Source: Armatimonadia bacterium (GTDB taxonomy: Bacteria; Armatimonadota; Zipacnadia; Zipacnadales; UBA11051). Taken from it: a stretch of DNA of 64,000 nucleotides. A model generated the notes under the pieces. The model saw only the letters and a list, made by a program, of their open reading frames with translations, did no database searches and had not been told where the DNA came from. The stretch is from positions 23,704-87,703 of the forward strand of contig JBDKRC010000137.1 of NCBI GenBank assembly GCA_039683575.1, read 5' to 3'. This document shows positions 53,037 through 63,875 of the stretch, piece by piece. Each line of letters begins with the position of its first letter. Within the stretch, counting starts at the first letter, position 1. A program made the translations under genes and the position numbers.

Positions 53037-54071
53037 CTATTGGAGCCCCTCGACTGACACATCATCGAGCCAAAGCGTGCCCTCACCCCGCTGGTAAATC
53101 GTGACTTCCACCTGCATTTGCCTGGCCGCAAGCGCCGCCGCCGGCGTCTTGGCCTCAAACGCAAGCTCCGTCCACTCTCCCCTGGGCAGAGGCGCGCCGA
53201 AGCCCATCGTGTCGTAGAACTCCCCGCTCTCGAGCTTCACCCCCGGGGCGGGCCGAAACCGCACGAAACCAGAGCACTCCCCGCTGCCCTTGTACCAGAA
53301 CCGCAGCCGCAACCCCTGGGGCGGCGTGCACGGCCGGGATACCTGCCCATAGCACGAGCGGTCGCCATGTCCGGGATACCCCACCAGGCGCGCGGAAGAG
53401 CGCCCGGAGCGGCTGGCAGTGACATCCCGCGCCAGTGCAAAGCCCCCGCCACTCACAAAGGGACGCCAGCCATCCGGGTCCCCATCTCCATCGGCATCGA
53501 GTTCGAAGCTCAGGTTCGACAGTGCTCCTCCCACGTCCACACCGGGCCTCACGAAGGCATCGTCCACCCAGGCCGTTCCGCCCGTCCCCAGCCCCTGTCC
53601 TACCGAGATCTTCAGCAGCGCCTTCGTAGCACCCACCGGCCTCTCCCCTACCACCACAAGCTGCTGCCAGGCGGCGCTGCCACTCACCAACGCCGAGGGC
53701 TGCCCGGTACCCACGACCTGCCCATGGTCATCGAGCCAATGCAGGCTCAGTTGGACGCCATCCGGGCCGGTTAGCTCCGTTTTGATCCAACAGCCGAAAC
53801 TGATCTGCTCGCAGGTGACAGGCCCGAGGCCCTGGCTGATCAGATAGCCACCGTGGCGCGGCAACTCCACCCGCAGCGAGCCCGCTCCGGAACGCTTCTC
53901 AGTCGTATCCACCGTCGCCTTGCCCTCGGCGAAGCTCACGCGGCCGCGCCACCCGGCCGGCAGTTCGTTTGGTCCGGCACTATCGAACCCCGGCGATTGG
54001 AGCGCAGGCAACTGGGCCAGGGACAGTCCTGGTAGCATCAAGAGGCAGATTAGAGCAATTGAGCGCAGCAC
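53037..54071 (-). CDS. Secreted protein of two CBM4/9-like domains
   Basis: Signal peptide; N.SFE.D.DGDG.PDGW...W.DDVSV; start uncertain. Confidence 0.7.
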   Translation of the reverse strand: MLRSIALICLLMLPGLSLAQLPALQSPGFDSAGPNELPAGWRGRVSFAEGKATVDTTEKRSGAGSLRVELPRHGGYLISQGLGPVTCEQISFGCWIKTELTGPDGVQLSLHWLDDHGQVVGTGQPSALVSGSAAWQQLVVVGERPVGATKALLKISVGQGLGTGGTAWVDDAFVRPGVDVGGALSNLSFELDADGDGDPDGWRPFVSGGGFALARDVTASRSGRSSARLVGYPGHGDRSCYGQVSRPCTPPQGLRLRFWYKGSGECSGFVRFRPAPGVKLESGEFYDTMGFGAPLPRGEWTELAFEAKTPAAALAARQMQVEVTIYQRGEGTLWLDDVSVEGLQ

Positions 54072-54306
54072 TTTGGGTTGCACCTCGATGTGTATGGCAG
54101 CCAAGTTTCTCGGCACTACCGCCGGCTTCTCCAATGCCAGCCCTATCGAACCCGGTGGTAGATGAAGTAGTCAGTGACACCTGAGCAAAGGAAGCGTGTA
54201 TTCGGCTGAATCACGGCATGCGTGGCGGGAAGGGGGTCCTGAAATGTGGTTCCATGCCAGCTGCAGTGGCCAGACAGGGTTGTCCACTGATGGCGCCTGC
54301 ATCCTC

Positions 54307-54984
54307 GTGAACGCTTACTTCATTGCAGCCTTGGCGGTCCTACTAGTAGCGGCCTGCTCGCAGGCTATGGCCGAGGACCTGCCGCAGGGCCAGGAAGCTG
54401 TGGCCCAAGCCATGGAGCAAGCACTACCGAATACGGAACTAACAGCCGGAGCCACGGACGAGGTTCCGCCGCCACCCGAACGGTTGAGCTTCCGTGACAC
54501 TTTCCAGAATGGCTTGAGAACGTTCGACGTCTCTGTCGGCACGATCACCCAGCATGACATTCCCTCGGGCCCCGTAGCAACCTTGACGGCGACCGCCTGG
54601 CGGTTGCGTGGCGGCGCTTCGAGAGCCCCAGACTCGAAAAGGGGCTCGAACTGAGCCTTTCGACCCTGGAGAATGGCACCCACAGCACGAGGGCGTGGGA
54701 GTTGGTGTACGCCCGGCGCCAGTACTTCCACGTCAGGAGCAACTACGCGCTCCACTGGAGCGTCGGAGCCGGTCTCTGCCACCTCACCAACCTCGTTCCG
54801 GAACAGGGCTCACACACCAACTTCACCGAGGAGGTCGGCGTGGGGTACATGCACCGGGCCGGTAGGCACACCGCGTGGACTGCAGAGTACCGGTTCACCC
54901 ACATCTCCGACGGGGGGGCGCAATGACCCCAACATCGGCCTGAACTGCAGCATCTTTGCTGTTGGCTGGCGCCTGCACTATTAG
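54307..54984 (+). CDS. PagL/acyloxyacyl hydrolase-like outer-membrane beta-barrel; two compensating frameshifts (near 54563 and 54915)
   Basis: Reconstructed NFTEEVGVGY...EYRFTHISDGGRNDPNIGLN...GWRLHY; signal peptide. Confidence 0.65.
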
Positions 54985-54987
54985 CCT

Positions 54988-57900
54988 CTATTGCATCGGT
55001 ACGAGCACCAGATAGTCGAGGTTGAGCAGGCTGGCCAGGCACGTCATCTCCAGGACGTGCTCCCCCGCCGTCAACTCCAAGGCCAGCGGCTGGCCCTGTG
55101 CGTTGGGTAACGCGAAAAGCCGCCACTCTTTCGGCGTTCCGCCGAAACCGTCGGTACTGGGGAAGCGATACAGCCGCGCCTCGCCCCCCAACGGCTTGCC
55201 GTCGACCGTGATCAGCCTGTCCGCCTGCGGCTCATGCGTTGCCCCCTTCACGACCACTTGGTACTTGCCGGCTTTGGGCACGCTCAACGTCCACTGCACG
55301 GACATGCCAGGAAGGGTCCAGTTGCCCATGCCCACACCGCCTGACAAGAAGGGCCGGTTCGTGTAGCGGCTTGGCGTGCCATTACTCGAGCCAGTGAAGG
55401 CCTCTGCCTCCAACATGACGGCTCCCGGCGCCGTTTCCGTCCCCGCCTCCGCAAACGGCACGGTCACCGGCTGGTCATTCTTGAGCAATCTCTCGAAAGC
55501 CAGGGAGACCCCCTTGGCGCTGGACCCGCGAACTGTGAGATTGTTGTGCGAGTTCAGCCACAATGTGTCTCCAGCCTTCGCCAGGCCGTTGTTGACTTGT
55601 ACCGCGGTGCCCTGCGGGTACTCGGCTTTCAGCACCCGTACCGGCTGCGGCTGTGCTTCAAAGCTGCCCCAGGTCAGCGTTCCGCCCGTCCACCGGGACA
55701 TGGTCTGCACCTGTTGCACCAGGGACTGGCCGTCCAGGCTCACCGACACCTGAGCCTGCGCTTGCTGCGGGGATCCGGGGTTAACCTCCAGCTTGTGCTG
55801 TCCTGCAGGTAGCTGCAGCTTCAGGCGCTCACCCGCGCAAGCATAGGAGGTCTGCGGCAGCGCCGTCCCATCCAGACTCAGCGTCTTTACTGGCTGCCGC
55901 ACCAGCAGGTCCACCTGCGTAGGTGTCTCACTCTGATAGTGAACCGTCCGCACCTCGGCGGTGGCGTTGTCCTTGCCCTGAAGCTCCAGCGTCGCCGTCA
56001 GAGGCTGCTCGCTTTGCAGGATCCGGAAGTCCCCCTGCTTGTCGTTGAGGTCCAGCGACTTCGCGCCGATGACGCTGCCCACTGCTCCGTCATTCCACGG
56101 CCCAACCACTGTGAAGTTCGGCCCGCCATCCCCCAACCATGCCGCGACGACCCCGCCCGGGTTTGGGGTAGTGCCCCAGACCAGGAGCAACAGGTCGCCC
56201 TCAAGCTTGGCCTGGACCTCAAGGTCCTGCTCCGGCTCGCTCGTCCGGGCCGGGCGAATGAAGGTCACGAAGCGCATCTTCTTGCTCTTCTCGACGGTCG
56301 TGGCGCTGGTATGCCACTCATTGGCCGGCTTTCGCACAGAGGGCGGGGTGAACTGGTCAGTCTGTTCGAGCTTCAGGCCCTGAGGCGTGATGAACTTGAC
56401 GAGGCACCGTGCCCCGCCGCGCGTGACAGTCACTTCCTGCTTGGCGGGGTCCAGCTTCATCTCCTGCTCGGCGTGAAGCGTCCAGGTGAAGGTGCTGGGC
56501 TCTGGTGCCTCAACCTCGTCCACGATGACAAAGCTGTTGGGCCGCAGGTACAGGATGTGCCGCTGGAACTTGCTCAGCTTGCCCTTGTATGCCGGCGTAG
56601 CATCGCCGAGGGCATAGTCTACCGCCGGGCTCGTGAAATGCTTCAGTATTCGGCCCTGTGCGGTCATGTCGAAGATCGGCTGGCCTTCGCCATTGACGAG
56701 GATATCGTTGTGGGCTTTGGTCTGTCGTGTGAAGCCAACGTCATGACCGCTGCCGTACCAGTCGTAGTAACCCGAGTCGATCAGCAGGGGTTCACCGTAT
56801 GCATACAGCACGAAGCTGTTCTGGTCCGCATGCGAGTGGTTGTACGAGCCATACTGCGAGCTTTTGAAGGCCAGCATGACATCGTCAGCGTCGGACAGGT
56901 CAGAATGCATGGCGACCCAGCCGATATCCGGGAAGTAGCGTCCCTGCGGCAGGTCGGCCGGGGGCCGCGCCGGTACCGTCTCATCATGCCAGAGATAGCT
57001 GTACAAGCCGAATGAGGTCTTCCCAGGCATCGTCTGCGCATACCATTGGAAATACGGGTTGCCATATTCCCTGGCGTATCGTGCCATGTTGCTTTGGTCG
57101 GTGGCGTCAGGCGCGCCGTGGTTGCCGTCGCCGAAGTGGTGCCGGTCGTTCCATGGCGGGTGCATGTACAGCTTGTACCAGCCATTGTTGCGGGTGTACG
57201 CCTTGTCGTACATGTCCAGCCCCGTCGCCGACTTCAGGGCGTCGAAGAACACCCAGGCGAAGTGCTGGCTCCACTTCCAGTAGCCAACGCCCTGGCTCCA
57301 GCCCCCCTCCTCGCCCCCCCAGGGCGGGAAGACAGCGGGATAGGTCGCCGCGATGTACTTGAACCAGGTATCGGGTTCTTCGGATTCATGGGCCAGAGCT
57401 ATGGAGATGATGCCCAGGTACCCGTAGGCCGTGATGCCATGGGAATCATACGGGTACTCGTTCAGCGACCGACCGTCCTCCGCAAAGTCCTTGTACAGCG
57501 TCCGCGCCCGAACCAGGATCGCCTCTCGCACTTTGTCTCGCTGCTCGGGCGTCATCAGATCCCAGCACCAGTCGTACGCCGTCGCCATCATCCACGCCAT
57601 ATCACGGAAGACCTGATCCTGGTTGCGGTAGGAGGTTGCCCCCATTGGATCCCACGTGGCCATCTCCAGCATCTGTGCAACTGCTGCGTCGCCATAGCGG
57701 CGATCACCGCTTAGCAGATACCCAAAGGCGAGGTTCTGCATGCGGTCGTTGGCGCTGCCCGCCATGCTCCGCAGCTTGTTGAGTTGCTGAACATCCGCAT
57801 CGGTCAGCCCCCCGGCCCCCGGCGTCACGATATACTCGCGCCCCGGCTCCTTATCTATCGGCCTGGTGAGAAGCTGCTCCAGCCGCGGCTTGAAGCTCTC

Positions 57901-59385
57901 CCACCATGCCTTCTGCTTGTCTGCCATCGGCGCCCGGAAAGCCGCGAGGGTTGACGCGGTGGCATAGACCCGGGGGTGACTGGCGGGGATGGCCTTCAGC
58001 AAGTCCGCGGCTGCCGGCACCGGGAAGGGCACCGCGGCCGCCGTAACAACGAAATCGTTTGCCTGCCCCCAATCAGACGCCGCCCCAGCCTTGTCCAGAC
58101 ACCGCACCCTCCAGTACCACGTACCATTGCCCAGGGTCCGGCTGTGGCTGTACACGTTGTACAGGCAGTTGATAGTCGCCGTATCAGCGGCTGGGAAGTC
58201 CTTGTTCTGGCTCAGTTGCAGGTCGTAGCCTGCCGCTCCGCGCACGGGCGGCCAACTGAAGTCCGGCGGGTTCTGCAGCACTACACGACCAGCGGCAGGC
58301 CGCAGCGGCATTGCCAGCACTTCATCGACCTGCGTCAGCTTCGGCTTGTATTCATCCAGCGACTCCACACTGACGTCGTCATACCAAACCGTACCCTCGG
58401 TGCGCTGGTAGAGAATGACCTCCACCCGCGCCTGCCCGGCCTTCTGCGCCGCCTCAGGTACCGCGGTCTCAAACACTAACTCGGTCCAATCCTGCTTGGG
58501 CAGGTCAACCTTGAAGAAATCAGTGCCATACTGATCGTCTTGAACCACCACGCCGGGCGCCGGTCGGAAGCGCACCACCCCGTCCGCCCGGCCCGTCCCC
58601 TTGTACCACAGCCGCAGCCGCACGGCTTTTGACGGTGTGTAGAGCGGACCGACGTGCGTGATCGCCGCCCGGTCGGCCGCGCCAGCCTGTCCAGCCAGTT
58701 TCATCGAGGCTGCACCATCATGGGCCACCGTGGTATCACGGCTGATCTCAAAGCCCCCACCGTGGATGACCTTGCCCCAAGCGTCCGGCAGCCCGTCCTT
58801 GTTCTCATCCTGTTCAAATGAGCCATTCAGCACCAGCGCCGCCGGCGCCGCCCCTTGCTTGAAGGTGGCGTCATCAGCCCATACTGTCGAAGCCTCCGCC
58901 TTCAGAGCCTCCACCACAATCACCAGCAACGCGCCATCCGCCTCCGCAGGCTTGGAGCCTATGCAGGTGACTAGTGTCCAATCCTTCTCACCTGTGAGCG
59001 GCGCCGACGGCACGTCGTTTCTGACGATCTCATTGCCCCGCCTCCACTGGACGTATGCATGGGCGTTGGCCCCGGCCGCGAGCTTGGTCTTCAGCCAGCA
59101 GCCAAACGTATACATGCCGGGCTGCGTAACCGGCAGCAGTTGTGTCACTGTGGCCCGCGCTCCTGCCTGAAGCTCAATCCGCAACGCTGCAGTGCCACCG
59201 TGCTTGACCTCTGGGTCCATCGCAAGCTGGGCGGTGCCGGTGGAGATGTACTTGCTCCAGCCATCGGGCAGGCCATCCTTATTGGCATCTACCTCCATGC
59301 CCGGTTCCTTCAGGGGCAGTTCCGCCTGCGCCGAGGCCATGGTGACGAGCATCAGGGACAAGAGAATCAGGTGCAATCGGTACAT
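54988..59385 (-). CDS. Secreted DUF4962/heparinase II/III-like lyase with CBM-like domains
   Basis: QNPPDFSW, HPRVY, GGWSQG..YW, SYNHSHADQNSF, LIDSGYY, AHNDILVNG.GQ. Confidence 0.8.
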   Translation of the reverse strand: MYRLHLILLSLMLVTMASAQAELPLKEPGMEVDANKDGLPDGWSKYISTGTAQLAMDPEVKHGGTAALRIELQAGARATVTQLLPVTQPGMYTFGCWLKTKLAAGANAHAYVQWRRGNEIVRNDVPSAPLTGEKDWTLVTCIGSKPAEADGALLVIVVEALKAEASTVWADDATFKQGAAPAALVLNGSFEQDENKDGLPDAWGKVIHGGGFEISRDTTVAHDGAASMKLAGQAGAADRAAITHVGPLYTPSKAVRLRLWYKGTGRADGVVRFRPAPGVVVQDDQYGTDFFKVDLPKQDWTELVFETAVPEAAQKAGQARVEVILYQRTEGTVWYDDVSVESLDEYKPKLTQVDEVLAMPLRPAAGRVVLQNPPDFSWPPVRGAAGYDLQLSQNKDFPAADTATINCLYNVYSHSRTLGNGTWYWRVRCLDKAGAASDWGQANDFVVTAAAVPFPVPAAADLLKAIPASHPRVYATASTLAAFRAPMADKQKAWWESFKPRLEQLLTRPIDKEPGREYIVTPGAGGLTDADVQQLNKLRSMAGSANDRMQNLAFGYLLSGDRRYGDAAVAQMLEMATWDPMGATSYRNQDQVFRDMAWMMATAYDWCWDLMTPEQRDKVREAILVRARTLYKDFAEDGRSLNEYPYDSHGITAYGYLGIISIALAHESEEPDTWFKYIAATYPAVFPPWGGEEGGWSQGVGYWKWSQHFAWVFFDALKSATGLDMYDKAYTRNNGWYKLYMHPPWNDRHHFGDGNHGAPDATDQSNMARYAREYGNPYFQWYAQTMPGKTSFGLYSYLWHDETVPARPPADLPQGRYFPDIGWVAMHSDLSDADDVMLAFKSSQYGSYNHSHADQNSFVLYAYGEPLLIDSGYYDWYGSGHDVGFTRQTKAHNDILVNGEGQPIFDMTAQGRILKHFTSPAVDYALGDATPAYKGKLSKFQRHILYLRPNSFVIVDEVEAPEPSTFTWTLHAEQEMKLDPAKQEVTVTRGGARCLVKFITPQGLKLEQTDQFTPPSVRKPANEWHTSATTVEKSKKMRFVTFIRPARTSEPEQDLEVQAKLEGDLLLLVWGTTPNPGGVVAAWLGDGGPNFTVVGPWNDGAVGSVIGAKSLDLNDKQGDFRILQSEQPLTATLELQGKDNATAEVRTVHYQSETPTQVDLLVRQPVKTLSLDGTALPQTSYACAGERLKLQLPAGQHKLEVNPGSPQQAQAQVSVSLDGQSLVQQVQTMSRWTGGTLTWGSFEAQPQPVRVLKAEYPQGTAVQVNNGLAKAGDTLWLNSHNNLTVRGSSAKGVSLAFERLLKNDQPVTVPFAEAGTETAPGAVMLEAEAFTGSSNGTPSRYTNRPFLSGGVGMGNWTLPGMSVQWTLSVPKAGKYQVVVKGATHEPQADRLITVDGKPLGGEARLYRFPSTDGFGGTPKEWRLFALPNAQGQPLALELTAGEHVLEMTCLASLLNLDYLVLVPMQ

Positions 59386-59477
59386 TTTGGGGCTTCTTCC
59401 TCAACAGATTCATCGCGGCAAATATGGGAAAATGGCTTGGGCCGGAGGTCTTTCGATATTCCGGCCCGTGACGTCTG

Positions 59478-59969
59478 CTACTGCTTTCTGGCGAACAGCA
59501 TGATCCCGGTCGTCTTGTGGTCCTTCTTCATGACCGTGACGCTGTACATCTTGCCATCTTCGTTCCAGGTTATTACGTCAGCACCCTGGACCGAGGCGGC
59601 GGTGCCGGCGTTTTTCGCGGCCTTGGCACCATACTTGTCCTTGTAGAACTTGGTGACTTTGTCGCGAGCATCGCTGGTGCTCAGTGCGGCCATCTCAGAG
59701 CCAGCCTTGGCATCAGACTGCTGCGCTTCCACCTTTGCGCCCGGGTAGTACTCAATGCCGACCTTGTTCTCCGCTGCGACGCCTTCAGAAGGCGTCTCTG
59801 CGGCTTTCTCCGCAGGTGCCGGAGTAGCGGCTGGTGCCTCCGCCGAGGGCATTACCGGTGGCGTTGGGGCCCCCGTCGCGGGCGGAGCCGTCGTACCAGC
59901 CGGCTTAGGACACCCACAAAGACATAACACTACCACCAGAACTGCTACGAGACCAAGTACACGAAGCAT
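59478..59969 (-). CDS. Hypothetical lipoprotein with Pro/Ala linker
   Basis: LCG-C lipobox; YPGAK domain; GGAGGG RBS. Confidence 0.7.
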   Translation of the reverse strand: MLRVLGLVAVLVVVLCLCGCPKPAGTTAPPATGAPTPPVMPSAEAPAATPAPAEKAAETPSEGVAAENKVGIEYYPGAKVEAQQSDAKAGSEMAALSTSDARDKVTKFYKDKYGAKAAKNAGTAASVQGADVITWNEDGKMYSVTVMKKDHKTTGIMLFARKQ

Positions 59970-60066
59970 GTTGACCCCTCCAAAGCTTGGTTTGTTGCAG
60001 CCAGTCCGTCTGCCAGGGTGTCTTTGCCTCCTTTCGCCATGGTCAGCGACATCATCGGACAGAGCA

Positions 60067-61404
60067 TCAGAAATCCCTCAGTTTCTTCCCCTCCGGGCGC
60101 ATCAGCCCCGGCTGCTGCCAGTCACACACACAGTCAAGCAGTTCCCGCCGGCTCTTCTCGATCAGCCGCTGCTGGCTCTGCGGGATCGTCGCCGGGAAGG
60201 GCAGCCTATCGCTTGCCGCCAGATCAGCCACCATCGCCCCCGCCACTTCAGCCGTGCGTGCCAGCAGGTCGAAGTCCAGCACGTCCACCTGGTCATGCTC
60301 CGAATGATGGAAGAAGCGGCTACCAAAGAAGTTGCTGCGGTGGAACCAGATGCTGGGCACGCCCAGCATGTTGAAGGGGAACTGGTCTGAGAACGGAGAC
60401 ACATCAACCAGCACCTCGGCCACGAACTTCTGCTGCCGCAGGTGGTCGGCCACGAACTTCCGCATTCGCCTGTCTCCCACGCAGTACACGTGGTTCTTGC
60501 CCATCCATGAACCAATCGCATCGAAATTGAACATGAACGCGCTCTTGGCGGCCTGGTTCTGCGGGTGAATCACGTAGTTGCGTGCCCCCTCGGACAGGTT
60601 CTCCTCCCACCCGAACGTGGCGAACTTGATCGGCCGCAGGGGCTTGGCTGCGACCATCGCCCGCGCGATCTCAAGCACTACTGCGACCCCGCTGGCATCG
60701 TCCTCCGCGCCTACGCCCAGGGCCACCGAGTCGTGATGCCCGCCAAGCACGAGCGGCGGCAGTTCCTTCCGCCCCGGCAGCGTGGCCACGACGTTTTGGG
60801 AGTGTGACTGGTACGTCTTCATATCCAGCGTCAGGCGCGCCTGCTTCGCACCCTTGCGCAGGATGTCCCATGCATGAGTGTATGGAATCGTCGCAGTGGG
60901 GATGGTCATCAGATCAATCCAGCCGGCGATGAGCCCGGAGGCTACCTTCCACTCAAACGGGAACCGATCGTCCACATAGAGCAGTGCCGCCAGCCCGGAC
61001 GTGCAGATCCGCTCCAGCCGCTCCACCGAGGCATAGGCCGAGCCGAATAGGAGACCGATCTTCCCCTTCAGGTCCTTGCCCTCGAAGTCCTGCGGCTGCG
61101 CCGTCTCGAGATACACGATCTCCGCCTCAAGCTCCCCCTCGGTGCTCGGGGACTGGGTGTTCGGTTGCACGGGGATGCTGATCCAGCGCCCGCCCGAGCG
61201 CACCTTAAGCTCCGCCTTGCCGCACGTCCACGCCACGCACGGGAACTCCTGTATCTCGGCTTCCAGCCCAATGGCGCGGAACTGCTCGGCAATATACTCC
61301 GCCCCGGCCGCTTCCTGCGGCGTCCCCGCCAAACGAGTACCAATCTCTTCGCAGAGAGCATTTAGATGTTGCTTGAGATGACCCGGCGCAACCTGAACAG
61401 ACAT
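60067..61404 (-). CDS. M28 family peptidase with PA domain
   Basis: GGHHDS, GAEDDASG, GWEE, NFD, SDQFPF, HHSEHD. Confidence 0.85.
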   Translation of the reverse strand: MSVQVAPGHLKQHLNALCEEIGTRLAGTPQEAAGAEYIAEQFRAIGLEAEIQEFPCVAWTCGKAELKVRSGGRWISIPVQPNTQSPSTEGELEAEIVYLETAQPQDFEGKDLKGKIGLLFGSAYASVERLERICTSGLAALLYVDDRFPFEWKVASGLIAGWIDLMTIPTATIPYTHAWDILRKGAKQARLTLDMKTYQSHSQNVVATLPGRKELPPLVLGGHHDSVALGVGAEDDASGVAVVLEIARAMVAAKPLRPIKFATFGWEENLSEGARNYVIHPQNQAAKSAFMFNFDAIGSWMGKNHVYCVGDRRMRKFVADHLRQQKFVAEVLVDVSPFSDQFPFNMLGVPSIWFHRSNFFGSRFFHHSEHDQVDVLDFDLLARTAEVAGAMVADLAASDRLPFPATIPQSQQRLIEKSRRELLDCVCDWQQPGLMRPEGKKLRDF

Positions 61405-61565
61405 CAGAGACCTCCAACATGGTGCAGACTTTGTGCCTGAGGTATTCCTGACGCTGCACGCAATACCTCTGCTGATTCGAGGAAGCAAGGCAGGAGAAGC
61501 CAGGGGGTGGCGGGAACGTTTCTGCAACGACCTGGCCGCACACCACCACGAGGGGGGACCTACCC

Positions 61566-62441
61566 ATGTCCAGAGTGCTGTCGTTCATGTGTTTGGCGCT
61601 GCTGCTACCACTAACGGGGTGCCGCGTAGAGGTTCCGATATCGCCAAAGGCGATGCCGGCATCCACGCCTGCCGCACAGCCGTCGCAAGTGCCTGAGGAG
61701 ACACCAGAGCAGTTCGTGGCCTCGGTACTGGACGCAAAACCGGAGACCGTTACTGGTTTCGCTGCTCGCCCGGCAAGGCTGGCCGGTGTGAGGGAGTGGA
61801 CAGGCAAGGTGAATGGCGACTCGGTCAGCGTACTGAGCCCCATGAACGGCGTCTGGTCTCTGAGCCTGACATCGCAGATCTCGAGGCGTGAGAAGGGCAC
61901 GACAACGCTGGAGCAGGCCAAGACGCTTGCCGAAACCGTGGCGCGCCGGCGGTGGCAGGGGGCCTTCGACCGCATGAAGCTGACGGAGGGCGAGAAGCTC
62001 CCTATGGGCAGTTTTCTGTTGCAGTGGGACGAACAGGTTGCTCCTGCTGTGAGCACCGGCAACAAAGTCACAGCCATGGTGAATTCTGCGGGCAAATTGC
62101 TCAGCTACGGCGAGCATCGGGCTTTGAAGCAGATAGCGCCGGAGCAGGTGAAGATATCGAAGGAACAGGCGATTGCCGTAGCCCAGAAACGCATGGCAAG
62201 CAAGCACGTGAATGAGATCATCAAGGGCGCCCGGTTGGTCCTGAGCAGTCAGCACTCCCCGGACCGGGGGCCCATCTGGTATGTTGAGAGCCAGATGATG
62301 ATCAGGACGCCTGAAGGCAGAACGTCACCATCATTTGTGAACATGACTATGGTCGATGGCATGACCGGACGCATCGTCGAGATGCGGGACTTTGACCAAC
62401 CAGCGCCGGGATCACGTCCAGGCAGTTCTACTACTCCTTGA
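61566..62441 (+). CDS. Hypothetical lipoprotein with PepSY-like C-terminal region
   Basis: LTG-C lipobox; KISKEQAIAVA...W.V...VDGMTG.IV. Confidence 0.65.
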   Translation: MSRVLSFMCLALLLPLTGCRVEVPISPKAMPASTPAAQPSQVPEETPEQFVASVLDAKPETVTGFAARPARLAGVREWTGKVNGDSVSVLSPMNGVWSLSLTSQISRREKGTTTLEQAKTLAETVARRRWQGAFDRMKLTEGEKLPMGSFLLQWDEQVAPAVSTGNKVTAMVNSAGKLLSYGEHRALKQIAPEQVKISKEQAIAVAQKRMASKHVNEIIKGARLVLSSQHSPDRGPIWYVESQMMIRTPEGRTSPSFVNMTMVDGMTGRIVEMRDFDQPAPGSRPGSSTTP

Positions 62442-62466
62442 CAAGCCATGACCACCTGAATAAGAT
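62438..62466 (+). promoter_or_regulatory. sigma70 promoter of the trp leader and trpB
   Basis: TTGACA-17-TAAGAT. Confidence 0.75.
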
Positions 62467-62487
62467 ATGGCTTGGAACAGCAATACC

Positions 62488-62538
62488 ATGAGAAATGACC
62501 TCTGCGTCTACTTCTGGGCTTGGCGCCGCTGCGGATAA
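62488..62538 (+). CDS. trpL: Trp leader peptide MRNDLCVYFWAWRRCG
   Basis: 16 aa with TGG-GCT-TGG, between the promoter and the attenuator hairpin. Confidence 0.75.
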   Translation: MRNDLCVYFWAWRRCG

Positions 62539-62582
62539 TCCGGGCGCCTGTTTTGCTGCTTTTTTGTAAACGTGTCGTAACC

Positions 62583-62619
62583 AAGCCGCAGGCTGCCCGT
62601 ATCAGCCTGCGGCTTTTTT
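62583..62619 (+). terminator. Attenuator terminator upstream of trpB
   Basis: AAGCCGCAGGCTG-cccgtat-CAGCCTGCGGC then T6. Confidence 0.85.
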
Positions 62620-62652
62620 GATTCTGCACTACCGTATCCATGAAAGGGCCTG

Positions 62653-63849
62653 ATGACGATGACCATTGAAGAAGTCTGTGAAGCCGGACGTTTCGGACGG
62701 TACGGCGGCTCCTATGTCCCCGAGACGCTCGTGACCGCCCTTGCGGAGGTTGAGGCTGCTTACAGTCATTACAAGGACGATCCCGACTTCCGCGCCGAGC
62801 TGCAGGCCCTGTTGACCGACTACGCCGGTCGGCCGTCACCCCTGTACCCGGCCAAGCGCCTCAGCGAGCGCATGGGCTGCCAGGTCTACCTCAAGCGCGA
62901 GGACCTCAACCACACGGGCTCGCACAAGATCAACAACACCCTTGGCCAGGGCCTGCTCGCCAAGCGCATGGGCAAGCCCCGCCTGCTGGCCGAGACCGGC
63001 GCTGGTCAGCATGGTGTCGCCACAGCCACCGTCGCCGCCCTTCTGGATATGCAGGGAGTGGTCTTCATGGGCGAGGAAGACGTGCGCCGCCAGGAACTCA
63101 ACGTCTTCCGCATGAAGCTTCTGGGCACGGAGGTCGTCTCTGTGACCAGCGGCACGAAGACCCTCAAGGACGCTATCAACGAAGCCATCCGCGACTGGAT
63201 GGAGAACGTGGACACCACCTACTACCTCTTCGGCACGGTCGCCGGGCCCCATCCCTTCCCGACCATGGTGCGCGACTTCCAGTCGGTCATCGGCTGCGAA
63301 GTCCGCGAGCAGTGCATGGCGAAGGCGGGCCGCCTCCCCACCAAGATCATCGCCTGCGTCGGCGGCGGTTCCAACGCCATGGGCATCTTCGCCGACTTCA
63401 TCCCTGACACCGAGGTCGAACTCATCGGCGTAGAGGCTGGTGGCCGCAGCCTCGGCATCGGCGACCACTCCGCGGCCCTAAACTTCGGCAGCTACGGCGT
63501 CCTGCACGGCGCCGCCGAGTACGTCCTGCAGGATGAGGACGGGCAAGTTCTACCCGCCCACTCCATCGCCGCCGGCCTCGACTACCCTGGCGTCGGCCCC
63601 GAGCACTGCTATCTCAAGGATACCGGCCGCGCGCGCTACGAGATCGTCAACGACCTCGAAGCCGTCCAAGCCTTCCGCACGCTCTCCCAGACCGAGGGCA
63701 TCATTCCCGCTCTCGAAAGCGCCCACGCGGTCGCCCAGCTGCTGAAGATGCAGGATGAACTCAAACCCGACGACGTCGTGGTAGTCAACATTTCGGGCCG
63801 CGGCGACAAGGACTGCGCCGAGGTTCAGGACATCCTGGACCGCGGTTAG
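62653..63849 (+). CDS. trpB: Tryptophan synthase beta chain
   Basis: [48 protein letters not shown]. Confidence 0.97.
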   Translation: MTMTIEEVCEAGRFGRYGGSYVPETLVTALAEVEAAYSHYKDDPDFRAELQALLTDYAGRPSPLYPAKRLSERMGCQVYLKREDLNHTGSHKINNTLGQGLLAKRMGKPRLLAETGAGQHGVATATVAALLDMQGVVFMGEEDVRRQELNVFRMKLLGTEVVSVTSGTKTLKDAINEAIRDWMENVDTTYYLFGTVAGPHPFPTMVRDFQSVIGCEVREQCMAKAGRLPTKIIACVGGGSNAMGIFADFIPDTEVELIGVEAGGRSLGIGDHSAALNFGSYGVLHGAAEYVLQDEDGQVLPAHSIAAGLDYPGVGPEHCYLKDTGRARYEIVNDLEAVQAFRTLSQTEGIIPALESAHAVAQLLKMQDELKPDDVVVVNISGRGDKDCAEVQDILDRG

Positions 63850-63875
63850 TTCGCACGTCGTACGAGCGGCATCAT

